Positions 9,852 through 20,800 of a stretch of 64,000 nucleotides of DNA are shown here, piece by piece. The position numbers and the translations under genes are program-made. Below the pieces are notes generated by a model. That model worked only from the letters and a program-made list of their open reading frames with translations, did no database searches and was not told the origin of the DNA. The stretch's first letter is position 1. Each line of letters opens with the position of its first letter. The stretch is from positions 434,001 to 498,000 of the forward strand of contig NW_013657678.1 in NCBI RefSeq assembly GCF_000142905.1. Direction: 5' to 3'. This stretch comes from Thecamonas trahens ATCC 50062 (taxonomy: Eukaryota > Protista > Apusomonadida).

Positions 9852-10510
9852 TTACGGGCCATCCGGCGCGGCCTCGGGCACAAGCTTGGCGACGAGGACG
9901 CGAAAGGCGGCCTCGACATCGTCGTACGACTGCGCCGATGTCTCGACATGCGGGCACGACCAGTGTGCAGCGAGAGCGGTGATGTCCGGCTGCGAGACGA
10001 CGCGATCCACTGAGTCTGTCTTGGTGGCGACAACAGCCTTGGGCAGGTTAGCCACGTCCGGCCGCAGCGCCAGCAGGCCCGTGTACTTGCTATTGACAGC
10101 GTCAAGCGAGTCCGGGTTGGTCACGTCGACAACAAAAATGAGCCCCGAGGCCTGCTCGACGTACTTGTTGATCTCTTTGACGTACTCGTCCGAGCCACCA
10201 CAGTCGACAATCGAGATGCGTGCCGCAAAGTCGTCGAGCACAAAGTGCTTCTCGTAGCCATCGACAATGGTCGGCTGGTGGTCCGTCGGGAACTCGTGGT
10301 AAACAAGCTGCTGCGCCAGGGCCGACTTGCCGCATCCGCTCCCTCCCACCAGCATCACGCACGGCGTCCGCTTCTTTGGCAGCCTGCATCCCCCCCCCCC
10401 CCCCCCCAAGGCCCGACCCAGACCCACCCAAGACCGGTGGACGGGCAAACCCACAGGCGCAGACAGGCGCAGACAGGCGCAGACAGGCGCAAGAACAGAT
10501 CCCACCAATC
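9852..10510 (-). CDS. Ras-family small GTPase, atypical; 5' end uncertain; probable intron 10384-10505
   Basis: G1 GGSGCGKS, switch I HQPTIVDGY, G3 DCGGSDEY, G4 TKTD, G5 ETSA. A GT..AG intron containing a 10-mer repeat and a homopolymer joins ...TYDW to LPKKRTPCVMLVGG. Confidence 0.85.
10453..10491. repeat. 10-bp tandem repeat (ACAGGCGCAG) x~4
   Basis: Read directly; lies in the putative Ras intron. Confidence 0.95.
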
Positions 10511-10577
10511 GTAAGTGGTGTCGCTCCCATGATCGTGAGTAGAGAGAGGAAACAGCCTCAGCCCACGCGCCAAGCCT

Positions 10578-10654
10578 GCATCATGCCCGCATCATGCCCG
10601 CATCATGCCCGCATCATGCCCGCATCATGCCCGCATCATGCCCGCATCATGCCC
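10578..10654. repeat. 11-bp perfect tandem repeat (GCATCATGCCC) x7
   Basis: Seven exact copies between the divergent Ras and thioesterase genes. Confidence 0.97.
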
Positions 10655-11331
10655 GCCACGCCCGCAACACCCGCACTGTGGCCGACATACCCCCCCCCCC
10701 CCCTTCCTTCCTCGCTCTAAGGGACATACTTGGGTGTCTTTCCCTTGCACACGGCATTGCCCATCCTCGGTGGTGGCCTGGCCGCAGTGAGTGGGGTGCC
10801 ACTCTCATCCTTCTGACCATTGCGGGACGTGGTTGGTGGTGGTCGACCGCCGTGTGTTCGGCTAGACCGAGGGTGGCTCTCCACACTCTCGAGTCTGTTC
10901 GCCCGTGGCCACTATGACGGATACCACCCATCGCCTGCTTTCCATCCTGTTTCCCATTTGCAGCCCTCAACATGTTCATCTACTGGCCCATCGATACTGC
11001 TCCCTAACCATGTTAGGGTATCCAGATGTTGATGGTTTCTCACTTTGCTTGCCATCAGGGCTGGGCCAAGCTTGGTACGTCCGCGCGCGCGGCGGGCTCT
11101 CCTCCCCCCCCCCTACCTATTGACGCCATCACTCTCGCTCTCTTCACCATCCCATCCATCATACCCACTCTCACGCACACTACAATCACCTCACCTGATC
11201 CGATCCCCCCCCCTCAGCCAACGCATCACCATCGGCTCCCTGTTCCCCGCCATTGTTCGCCAGCGCCGCGTCCATACCGGCCACGGCACTTGTCTACCCC
11301 AAGGCACACACACACGCACACACCGTTTATC

Positions 11332-12408
11332 ATGCTTCGGGCTACACGTGTACTGGCTGGTCACACCCTTGGCCGGGTACCACCAACAGCAGGTGCAGTC
11401 CGGTGGCTCTCGCTGGGCATGGACAAGGGACATGACTCGTCGTGGTCGTATGGCCACGTGCTCGAGCTAGAGAAGCTGGACACCGATCTGTACCGGACTG
11501 CCGATGTGGGTGCGCTGTGGCACCCTCCAGGCTCAAAGGGTGTGTACGGTGGGCAGGTAGTGGGCCAGGCTGTGGTTGCAGCCCACATGACCCTCGATGA
11601 CGACGACGACGCGTCGGCCTCGAGCCGGAGTGGCGCTTGTGGCGGATCAGGTGGCCACGAGCTGCACTCGATGCATGCCTACTTTCTCAAGCCGGGCAAC
11701 GCCTCGGTTCCGCTGCTCTTCAAGATTCGCCGGCTGCTGGATGGGCGGTCGTTCCGATCGCGCGCGGTGACCGTCATCCAAGACGGCGTGCCCATTGCGC
11801 AGCTGCAGGCCTCGTTCCACGTTCCGGAAGACTCGCCGCTGCAATATCAGAAGGAGATGCCACCGGCGCCGAGCCCTGACGAGCAGCCGTCTGTCGGCGA
11901 TTTGCTCGGCGCGGCCGCCGCCGACGAGCGCGTGCCGGAGCGGATGCGCAAGTTCCTCAAGTCGGCCGTGCTCCAGCCGTTCCCTCTCGAGGTTCGCGAA
12001 GTCGGCGGCAACCTCGACGAAGCGCTGGCGCCGCTGATGGACCCGCCACAAACCATTGCGCCGCGCAAGGCACGCCAGCTGATGTGGATGCGCGCCCGCG
12101 GCGAGATCGGGGACTCGCCGCACATTCACCGTTGCATCGCCGCCTGGCTCTCCGACTGGGGCCTGACCACCACCCCGCTCGTCGCTGCCGGACTCAAGCT
12201 GTACTCGCCGCAGCTCGCCATGATCGCCTCGCTCGACCACGCCATGTGGTTTCACAACCCGTTCCGCGCCGACGAGTGGATGCTCTACGAGATGGAGTCC
12301 GACTTTGCCGGCTCGGGCCGGGGCGTCACAGCCGGTCGCATCTACGATTCGGCCGGCGAGCTCAAGATCTCGGTTGTCCAGGAGGGCGTCATCCGCATCC
12401 GCAAATGA
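11332..12408 (+). CDS. ACOT8: Acyl-CoA thioesterase II (TesB/ACOT8 family)
   Basis: VYGGQVVGQA, LHSMHAYFLKPG, DGRSFRSRAV, AWLSDWG, IASLDHAMWFH, WMLYEMES, SVVQEGVIR. N-terminal presequence-like MLRATRVLAG. Confidence 0.92.
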   Translation: MLRATRVLAGHTLGRVPPTAGAVRWLSLGMDKGHDSSWSYGHVLELEKLDTDLYRTADVGALWHPPGSKGVYGGQVVGQAVVAAHMTLDDDDDASASSRSGACGGSGGHELHSMHAYFLKPGNASVPLLFKIRRLLDGRSFRSRAVTVIQDGVPIAQLQASFHVPEDSPLQYQKEMPPAPSPDEQPSVGDLLGAAAADERVPERMRKFLKSAVLQPFPLEVREVGGNLDEALAPLMDPPQTIAPRKARQLMWMRARGEIGDSPHIHRCIAAWLSDWGLTTTPLVAAGLKLYSPQLAMIASLDHAMWFHNPFRADEWMLYEMESDFAGSGRGVTAGRIYDSAGELKISVVQEGVIRIRK

Positions 12409-12472
12409 GCGAGGTAGAGGGCGCCGGCAGCATCATCTGCACGTAGACTGTCGCGGTTTATCGCTCGCAGCT

Positions 12473-15400
12473 TCATCCATTGGTAAAGTACGACCAGAAC
12501 TCGCCAGATTCCAGGCCCTGATACTGCAGGTAGAGTGGAACCGACGCCGCTCGCCCGGACGTAGCCAGCTGCAAAAAGTCGACCGCCGCCGCCAGCGCTG
12601 CCACTGACCGCGAGTCACGCGGCGTCGACGGCGCCACCGACGACACATCACATGCGGCGACCGCTTTGGCAATCGCAGGCAGGAGCGCGGCCGTCGAGCT
12701 CGAGAGCCGCGGTGAGGAGACCGGCGACGACCACGGCGAGTTGGAGACCGACGACGAGAACGACGGTGACCGCGCCCGCCCGCGCCTGCGCCGCCGTACG
12801 CCGCCATTGGCCGGCGTTCGCGGCGACGCAACGTCTCCGCGGTTCATCACGCTCCACGTCCCGTGCCGCGAGGGCAGCGGGCCAGGCAGCGCAAGCTCGC
12901 ATGCTTCGGGCGAGTTAGCAGCCGACGTCGACGACGACGACGAAGTGGTCGTCGTCTCGGTTCCGGTCCCAGTCCCAGTTCCGGTCCCAGTCCCGACCGA
13001 GGTCGGGGTCGAGGTCGAGGTCATAGTCTCCGTCTCGGCCCCGGCTTCGGTTTCGGTCTCAGCCCCGGTTGTCGCCGCTGCTGAGCGCGAGGGCTTCGTC
13101 GACGCCGACGCCTGCCTCGCCAAGCCCGACGACGTCAGTGGCGAGTGCGACCCCGGCGAGTGCGAGGCTGACGGCGATGTTTCCGGCCCGCCAGGTGGCG
13201 AGTAGCTCGAGTGCTCGATGGGCGAGCCGCCAGACGTGGGCGAAGTCGCCGGCGACGTGGCTTCGTCGGGCGTCCAGTGAGAGCCGATCCACACAAAGGC
13301 AAAGTCGGGAGGTGTGGGAAGGGACGATGGTGGAAGTAGGACAAACATTCGGTCCTCCCACAGGTCGTCCGAGTCGAACATCTCCAGCGACTCCCAGAAA
13401 GGGTACTGGAAGAGAAGCGGCGGCTCAGACTGCCGCGAGTACGCCCGGATGGTGCCAGGCGGCCCGAATCGCGGCGAGACGAGCGGTGATTCCGACGGCA
13501 GCACTGCAGAGGGCTTGTGGATCGACGGCGAAATGGGCGACGTCGGTGTGCCTGGAGCCAAAGACTCGTCAGACGAGTTCGACGCCGTTGTGGGGAGTAG
13601 CGAGGCTTCGACGTCGTAGAGCGACTGGAGCCGGACCTGTGCATTGAGCACCGGCACGCTGATCTCCTCGCTCTGCATTCCCGTGAGCGAGCTCCAAAAC
13701 GGAAGCGGCTCGCTGCCCATCCGGACGTGCGAGACCGTTGCGGTGTCGCCCTCAAACGCTGTCCACAGCGCAACGTGCGAGAGGACAGCCTCGATGAGCC
13801 CGACACCCGTCCGCACCTGCAGGCCGTGCCACACCCAGCACCGCTGCGGCGTCCGGAGGACAAAGATGAACCGCGGGTCGAGCCGCTGCACCAGCTCCGG
13901 CGAAATCGCCCGCTTCACTTGCTTGAGCACCAACGTGGTGGCGTCGTACAGCGAGAGCGGTGCGAGGTAAAACAGCGTGTTCGGCCGTTCAGAGGGTGGC
14001 ATTGACGTGTACTGGTACCACTCGACGAGCGTGCACTCAAAGCCCGAGTTGGGAGCCACAATCGGCCGCGATGCAGCAACCACCGCCAAGGCCGCATCGT
14101 AGTCCAACGACCGCGCCCACATGACAAACGCCGTCGCAATCGACGCCGACCGCGACACGCCCTTGGCACAGTGCACAAGGACTCGCGAGTTAGGATCAGA
14201 GAGCGCCCGTGAGATGAACTGCAGCGCGAGGCAGATGAGCGATCGCAGCGGCGCCAGGCGCGAGTCTGACAGCCGCAGCGTAAAGTACGCCAGCTCGTCT
14301 GCAAAAGGCGAGTCGATCTCGTAGCCGGCCATATTGAGGACGTGGGTGATGCCGTGCGAGGCCAGGAGCTCACGGTTGAGCGCCACCGCGGCTCCCGAGA
14401 CAAACAACCGCGGCAGAACCTCTGATGCCACGCCCGACAGTTTCTCGATCGCTGAACGCCGCGCCGCCTCGTCGTCCATCTCCGCCCCGGCTCCGCGCTG
14501 CATTAGCAGGTCCTCGAACGACGGATCGCGCGAGGTGAGCGGTGAGATGCCCGATCGCGCCGACGAGAGCCCCGACGAGAGCAAGGAGTCGGCAGACTGC
14601 TGCCGCATTTTGGCCTGAAACGCGTCCGAGAACGAGGTCGACGCCTGGATAGAAGCAGCAGTCATCGATGACGACGTGGCAGACAGCGGTGACGGCAGGC
14701 CTGAGCTGGTCCGTAGGCTGCGCCCATCTGCGTCTGATACTGACTCGCGCGAGTCTGACGACGCAGACCGCCGCCCTTCCTTCCGCTCCGCTCGCGCACC
14801 GACCGCCATTGCGGGCACCTTGATCGCGAGAGTCGAGTAGGGCTCCGTCGCCTTCGATCCCGCCGTCCGCAGCAGTGGCGGCGGCGAAGCCTGCGCCCGC
14901 CTGCCGCTGCACAGCCATCCGGGGTCGCTTCCCTGCCGCGTCCGTGTCCGGCTCGTTGGCACAGACGGCGACCGCGACGGTGACCTTGAAAACGAACGCG
15001 ACATCGACCGCGACACTGAACGCGAGACCGACCGCGAGGCCGAGAACGAGGCCGAGAACGAGGTCGAGTGCGACGCCGTTGTCGTCGAGGTCGTCGAAAA
15101 CGTTCCTGTTCCCGACCCGGATGCCGAGCCCGAGCCTGAGCCCGTTCCCGACCGCGACCGCAAAAGGAGTTGGAGCGAGCCTGAGGACGACAGCCGCCCC
15201 CGCATGTTTCCGCCCCTCCGCCGCGGCGCGGACTGCGGCCGTCGCGACGACGCCGTGCTCGCCGTGTTCGAGCCCGAGCCCGAACCCGAGCCCGAACTTG
15301 TGTTGGAAGTCTCCGTCAATGCCGGGGTGGCGTCAGCGCGGGAAAACGCGGCCTCGACCACAGCCTCCAACCGCTCGGCGTTCTCGCCGGCCGCATTGCC

Positions 15401-15814
15401 AGCACCAATCATCCACCCCTCGCTTCCCGTTGATGACAGCCGTGCCAGAAACAACCGCTCTTGCGCTGCCCGAAGCATGTCCTGTGGCGCGGAATGCCGC
15501 CGCCGCCGCGACCGCCCAAAGCCGCTACCATGACTCGCTGCCGGGCCCGAGTCCACCGTCAGCCTTCTCGAGGTCACGCGCCTGGCGAAAGTCCGACCTG
15601 TACCACCACCAGTATCGCCTGCATCGCCCTTGCTCTTGCGCGCCTCTCCCCCTTTGCTGCCTCCGCCCTCCTCGTTGCTGCTACCGGATGCTTCGGCTTC
15701 CTTGCTTGGCCGCCCCATGCCAATGTCGTGGCTCGCCCCGACATTGGCCGGTGCCGCCTCAACACGCCCACGCAGCCGGCTGCCACGCGCTAACACGCTG
15801 GCTCGCTCAGCCAT
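12473..15814 (-). CDS. Dual-specificity (MAP kinase) phosphatase with gelsolin-like segments, plant MKP1-type architecture
   Basis: Catalytic VLVHCAKGVSRSAS, GITHVLN and SRPIVAPNSGF. Downstream LDPRFIFVL..WVWHG..GSEPLPFW, FDSDDL..FVWIG and terminal QGLESGEFWSYF. Start at MAERAS. Confidence 0.88.
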   Translation of the reverse strand: MAERASVLARGSRLRGRVEAAPANVGASHDIGMGRPSKEAEASGSSNEEGGGSKGGEARKSKGDAGDTGGGTGRTFARRVTSRRLTVDSGPAASHGSGFGRSRRRRHSAPQDMLRAAQERLFLARLSSTGSEGWMIGAGNAAGENAERLEAVVEAAFSRADATPALTETSNTSSGSGSGSGSNTASTASSRRPQSAPRRRGGNMRGRLSSSGSLQLLLRSRSGTGSGSGSASGSGTGTFSTTSTTTASHSTSFSASFSASRSVSRSVSRSMSRSFSRSPSRSPSVPTSRTRTRQGSDPGWLCSGRRAQASPPPLLRTAGSKATEPYSTLAIKVPAMAVGARAERKEGRRSASSDSRESVSDADGRSLRTSSGLPSPLSATSSSMTAASIQASTSFSDAFQAKMRQQSADSLLSSGLSSARSGISPLTSRDPSFEDLLMQRGAGAEMDDEAARRSAIEKLSGVASEVLPRLFVSGAAVALNRELLASHGITHVLNMAGYEIDSPFADELAYFTLRLSDSRLAPLRSLICLALQFISRALSDPNSRVLVHCAKGVSRSASIATAFVMWARSLDYDAALAVVAASRPIVAPNSGFECTLVEWYQYTSMPPSERPNTLFYLAPLSLYDATTLVLKQVKRAISPELVQRLDPRFIFVLRTPQRCWVWHGLQVRTGVGLIEAVLSHVALWTAFEGDTATVSHVRMGSEPLPFWSSLTGMQSEEISVPVLNAQVRLQSLYDVEASLLPTTASNSSDESLAPGTPTSPISPSIHKPSAVLPSESPLVSPRFGPPGTIRAYSRQSEPPLLFQYPFWESLEMFDSDDLWEDRMFVLLPPSSLPTPPDFAFVWIGSHWTPDEATSPATSPTSGGSPIEHSSYSPPGGPETSPSASHSPGSHSPLTSSGLARQASASTKPSRSAAATTGAETETEAGAETETMTSTSTPTSVGTGTGTGTGTGTETTTTSSSSSTSAANSPEACELALPGPLPSRHGTWSVMNRGDVASPRTPANGGVRRRRRGRARSPSFSSSVSNSPWSSPVSSPRLSSSTAALLPAIAKAVAACDVSSVAPSTPRDSRSVAALAAAVDFLQLATSGRAASVPLYLQYQGLESGEFWSYFTNG

Positions 15815-16587
15815 CCTTGGCTGTGTCCTTTGTGACACTTTGAGTGACGAGAGTCGAGAGTGGACGTCACCTCTCACTTGAGGGCCACCAAGCCCTCGCC
15901 CCTCCCCCTCGTCCCGTTGGCGACGCCGCCATACGCGACGTCGCGAACGTGATGTTTTTGACGACCCGGTGGTTCTGATGAATGCAGGTTTTATTTTGTG
16001 TGCATGCGCTTTCACCGAACTCCATAAACTACCCTCATATCTTATGCTGCTTCCTCCCGACTTTAGGGTATGGTGCAACACATGGTGCTTGTTGATGATA
16101 TGCAACTTGCTTGGCTTTCGCGCCTTTAAAAGGGTAACATTTCCATCTGGCGCAGCTGCTCATCCTCCCTCAGATATTTTTTTTCTCCGCGGGCCGATGC
16201 TGTCGGCATGCGTTAGCCGCCTCCACCACCGTGCCGTGGTTGCTTGCACGCCGCACTCACGCCCTGCACCCTATGTGCGCTCGCCACCCGCAGCATCAGC
16301 CCACTGCCAGCCTGCACTGACAAGGAGGAGCTTTGGCAGGCGCTCTTGAACTTTACTCACACTCTTCCGCACTTCTTTGCCTCCCTTTGGCTGAGCAACC
16401 TTGCACAACGAAACCCACGCGTGCCGCGGCCGCATCACACTCGCTCACTGGTGCATCAACGTCAACTGCAGCAGGGCCATCGACGGCCATCAACGGCCCA
16501 ACGCAGCCCTACACTGCAAGTAGGGATACTGCAATAGACTCTTTTTCGTTAGCCTTTGCCTGCAAGGAGTATTGACGTGACCCTGCA

Positions 16588-17341
16588 ATGCGGCCCGTCG
16601 CTTCCACCGTGCTGCTGCTCCTCGTTGGTGCTGCTGTGGTTCTTGCGTCTCCCAAGCGGCGCCGTTGCCTCCTTTCGGCCCCCCGATCATTCTCGACGCC
16701 ACAGATGCCACCGGTACCACGGCTGTGGTGCTAGCCGACCTTGATCGTGATGCTGCTCTTGACGTCGTAGCCACCGGTTACGACTACGGCGTCGTGCCGT
16801 GGTTCCGCAACAACAACGGGACGTTCGAGTCGTCGCGCGTTGTCGCCCGCGGGCTCGCCACCGCCTACGATCTCGCCGTGGCTGACTTTGATGGTGACGG
16901 TGACAGCGACGTCGCCGTCGTCTCCTTTCCCATCCACACTGTGATGTGGTTTGCCAACAACGGTCTCGGCGTCTTTGACGCAGGCTCCATCGTTGACTCG
17001 GCCGTGACCGGCGCGCGACGTCGATGGCGATGGGACAATGGACCTCGTCTCGGCCGCACAGAGCGCCCGGCAAGTTGCGTGGTACCAAAACATGAGCGGT
17101 TCCGGTGCATCCCCCTCCAAGCGGCTCGCCGAACTCCCTCTCCCGGAGCATTCGCGCCGACATCAACAGCGACAGCGCGTGCGACATCGTCTCGGTCTCG
17201 CGCAACGACAATACTCTGGCGTGGAACGAGAGCCTCGGCAACGGCACCTTTGCTGCTCGCACCATTGTCCACATTACATGGCGACGGAGCCGGCAACGGT
17301 GCTGCTCGCACCATTGTCCACATTACATGGCGACGGAGCCG
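16588..17341 (+). pseudogene. FG-GAP/VCBS repeat secreted protein, frameshifted fragment
   Basis: Signal peptide MRPVASTVLLLLVGAAVVLA, then ADLDRDAALDVV, ADFDGDGDSDVAV, DVDGDGTMDLV and ADINSDSACDIV, separated by about three frame breaks; ends in a local duplication. Confidence 0.75.
17251..17341. repeat. 42-bp direct repeat (17251-17292 and 17300-17341)
   Basis: TGCTGCTCGCACCATTGTCCACATTACATGGCGACGGAGCCG occurs twice, with CGGCAACGG shortly upstream of each copy. Confidence 0.95.
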
Positions 17342-17852
17342 TCGCCATCGCGCCGCTTGCGGCGCTCACCCGCGCGTTCCTCATCACCCTTCTTTCCATG
17401 GCTATCTCATGGCTTTTCATTCCGACCAGCCTCTACTGAGGCGAATCATCCACTCTCAAGTGAGACTTCAACAAACAGTGTGATGGTCCATAGCTCCTTG
17501 CTCCGCCCTGTCGATCTCCAGCAACCTGTTAATCGGGCAAAATCGCACTATCAGCAAGGTCGCGAGGTCGCTCCGCATTGCCCCGCTCCGATCGATCACA
17601 GCGGTCGCCCATCAGTGACGACATCAAAGCCGCCACTGGCAAGGGTCCACAGCATTGGCAGTGCCTCTGCTCCCGCACCCATCGTTCTGCACTACTCTCG
17701 GGCCAGGCTACCAACCAACGCCGGCACGTCCGCTCCCCCAGTTTGTCTGCTTCCCTCTGCAAGAGGCCAGGCCTTCTCCCCCCCCCCCCCCCCTTCAAGT
17801 CGCACAAGTCCCCTCGTGACCAAACACCGACGACCGTCAGCAAACAGCAAGC

Positions 17853-20800
17853 ATGTCAGCTCTGGGACGGATGCGCTCCTCTGAGCTGCCGTCATCATCA
17901 GATTCGGGCTCAGGCACTAGTTCTGGTGACGGCAGACGCGGTTACTACGGCGGAGCTGTCGAGGATGAGGCGCAGAGTGTGCCCAGTCGTGGTGGCGTCT
18001 CTGCTACACCCGTCCGGCTCACCGCTAACGAGGGTGGCTTTGACACTCCAGGCGGCTTTGCAGCAGCCAAAGCCGGACTGGGTGGGCCGTCGCCCGAGCC
18101 AACGGCTGGCTTTTTCTCGACCATCACCTTTTGGTGGCTCAACAGCCTCGTGTACTTTGGTCACAAGTTTCCGATCATGCAGGAAAACCTGTTCCAGCTT
18201 CGAACGGCGGACCTCTCGGCAGTCGCCTCGCGCTCGTTCGCCGCCGCTTGGCGCAACGTCATTGTTGGCTTCAAGGCCGAGGCTGGCGACGACGCCGAGG
18301 CGCTAAAGGCCAAGGCCAAGTCGGCATGGCCGGTCGTCAACTCGCTGCGCCACGCGTTTGGAGGCCGGTTCACTCGGGCGGCCGGCTTCAAGCTCGCGCA
18401 GGATCTCATCCAGTTCTCTGGCCCGCTCCTGCTCGCGCAGACTGTAACGTACGTGCAGGATCCGTCCAAGCCGGCTTACCTCGGCTACCTCTACGTCATC
18501 GGCTTTTTGTGGCCAAGCTCATCCAGACCATGTGCATCAACCAGTACTTCCACCAGTGCTTCCGTAGCGGCATGCACGTCCGCTCGGCCCTTGTCGGCGC
18601 GGTCTACGCCAAGGCGCTCAAGCTCTCGTCGCAAGCCCGCGCAGGCTACACCGCTGGCGAGATCACCAACCTCATGTCCAATGACGTCTCGCGCGTCCAG
18701 GCCATGGCCCAGTTCCTCCACCTCACCTGGTCGTGCCCGCTGCAGATTGTCATTGCTCTCTCTCTCCTCTTCCGCGCCATCGGCTGGTCGGCGCTGGCCG
18801 GCGTCTTTATCATGGTCGCACTTGTTCCCATCCAGACCCGAATCGGCAAGAAGCTCTCCGGCCTCCGCTCGCGCCTGGTCAAATTCACCGACGCCCGCGT
18901 CATGGCCATGAACGAAATTCTGCAGGGCATCCGTATCCTCAAGTTCTACGGGTGGGAGAAGGAGTATGAGGACAAAGTCCACGGCCTCCGCGCCGACGAG
19001 ACCGCCGTCCTCCAGACCCAAGCCAACTACAACGCCGTCAACTACTTTGTCATGCTCTCTTCCATGCTCATGGTCTCGTCTACCACGTACATTGTTTATG
19101 CGTTTACCCATGACCCGCTCGAGCCGGGGGCAATCTTCTCGTCCATGGCTCTCTTTGGCCTCCTCTGGTTCCCGATCTCGTTCTTGCCCAACGTTATGAA
19201 CATGCTCATCGAGACTGTTGTCGCTGTCCGCCGCCTCTCCGCCTTTCTTAATGCTGATGAGCTGCCGCAGCAGTTTGGCCAAACTCGTGAGCCGCTCCCG
19301 TACCTCATGCCGTCGCCGTCGTCGGCAGCAGCCACAACCGCTGCTGCCGACCGATCAGCAGCAGCCATGGCGCCTCGCGGCGCCATCTCGGTCACCGACG
19401 GCGTCTTTACCTGGGAGCCAGAATCGGCCGTTCCCACTCTCGCCGACGTCTCGCTCACAATCGCTCCCGGCTCGCTCGTCGTAGTCGTCGGCCGCGTCGG
19501 TTCGGGCAAGTCGACGCTGCTCTCGGCGCTCCTCGGCGAAGTCCCGCGCCGCTCCGGCTCAGTCCAGGTATCAGGCTCGGTCGCGTACGCACCGCAGGAG
19601 GCATGGGTCATGAATGCCACCCTCATGGACAACGTGCTCTTTGGCCGCAAGGACGAGTACAACGACGACTGCGCCGCACACGGCTCCGCTGCAGCACCCA
19701 TGGTCGACAAGTACGTCGAGACGCTCCGCGCCACCGCTCTCCTCCCGGACCTTGCTATCTTGCCGGCTGGCGACTCGACCGAGATCGGTGAGAAGGGCAT
19801 CAACCTGTCTGGTGGGCAAAAGGCCCGCGTTGCGCTCGCCCGCGCTGTCTTTGCTGACACAGACATTGTGCTCCTCGACGACCCGCTCTCGGCCGTCGAC
19901 GTCCACGTCGGCAAGCACATTTTCGAGCACGCCATTCTTGACCCGAGCGTGCTTGGCCGGAAGACTCGTGTTCTCGTCACCCACCAGCTCCAGTACCTGC
20001 CGTCTGCCGACCTTGTTGTCGTCGTCGACGCTGGTTCAATCCAGCACGTTGGCACCTACCAGGACCTCCTCGCCCAGGGTGTCGACTTTGTTTCCATTGC
20101 CGAGGCTAACGAGGCTGCGTCGCCCGGCCTCGACGACGCTGTCTCGCCTGAGCTCAGCTTTGCACCCCTCGACGGCGGCGATTCGACGGTCGAGCTCGAC
20201 ACCTCGGAGGTCCTCGCCGCGCTCGCCGAGGCCGACGCCAAGCCGGTCGAGGAACTCAAGGGCGTGACCATCGGTCCGTCGCTCGGTGTCGGCTCGGCCG
20301 ACGACGAGACCAAGTCGACTGGCGCCGAATCTGAGGCTGGTCCATCCGGCTCGCTCATGACGACCGAGGAGCGCAACACCGGAGCCGTCAAGTGGCGCGT
20401 CTACCTCTACTATCTCCGCGCCTTTGGCGGCGTCGTCTTTGGCATCGTTGTTCTCGTCCTCTTTATAGCCGCCGAGGCCACTCGTGTCTCGCAGGACTAC
20501 TGGCTTGCCAAGTGGTCGTCCGACACGCATGCGCCTCTCTCCAAGTACCTTCCGACATACGTAATCCTCGGCCTCTCCAACACGCTCCTCCTCCTCGCGC
20601 GGTCACTGCTCTTTGCACGCGCCGGCGTTGCGGCCTCGCGGGCCCTCCATTCGCGGCTCTTTGCCAACATCCTCCGCGCACCGATGTCGTTCTTCGACAC
20701 CACGCCCATTGGCCGCATCCTCTCGCGGTTCTCAAAGGACATCGACTCGATCGACAACTCGCTGCCCAAGACCCTGCACTCGCTCGGTGGCACGCTCTTC

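Noticed and set aside
10578-10654. Possible CRISPR-like array
   Set aside because: Head-to-tail 11-mers with no spacers and no cas genes; eukaryotic context.
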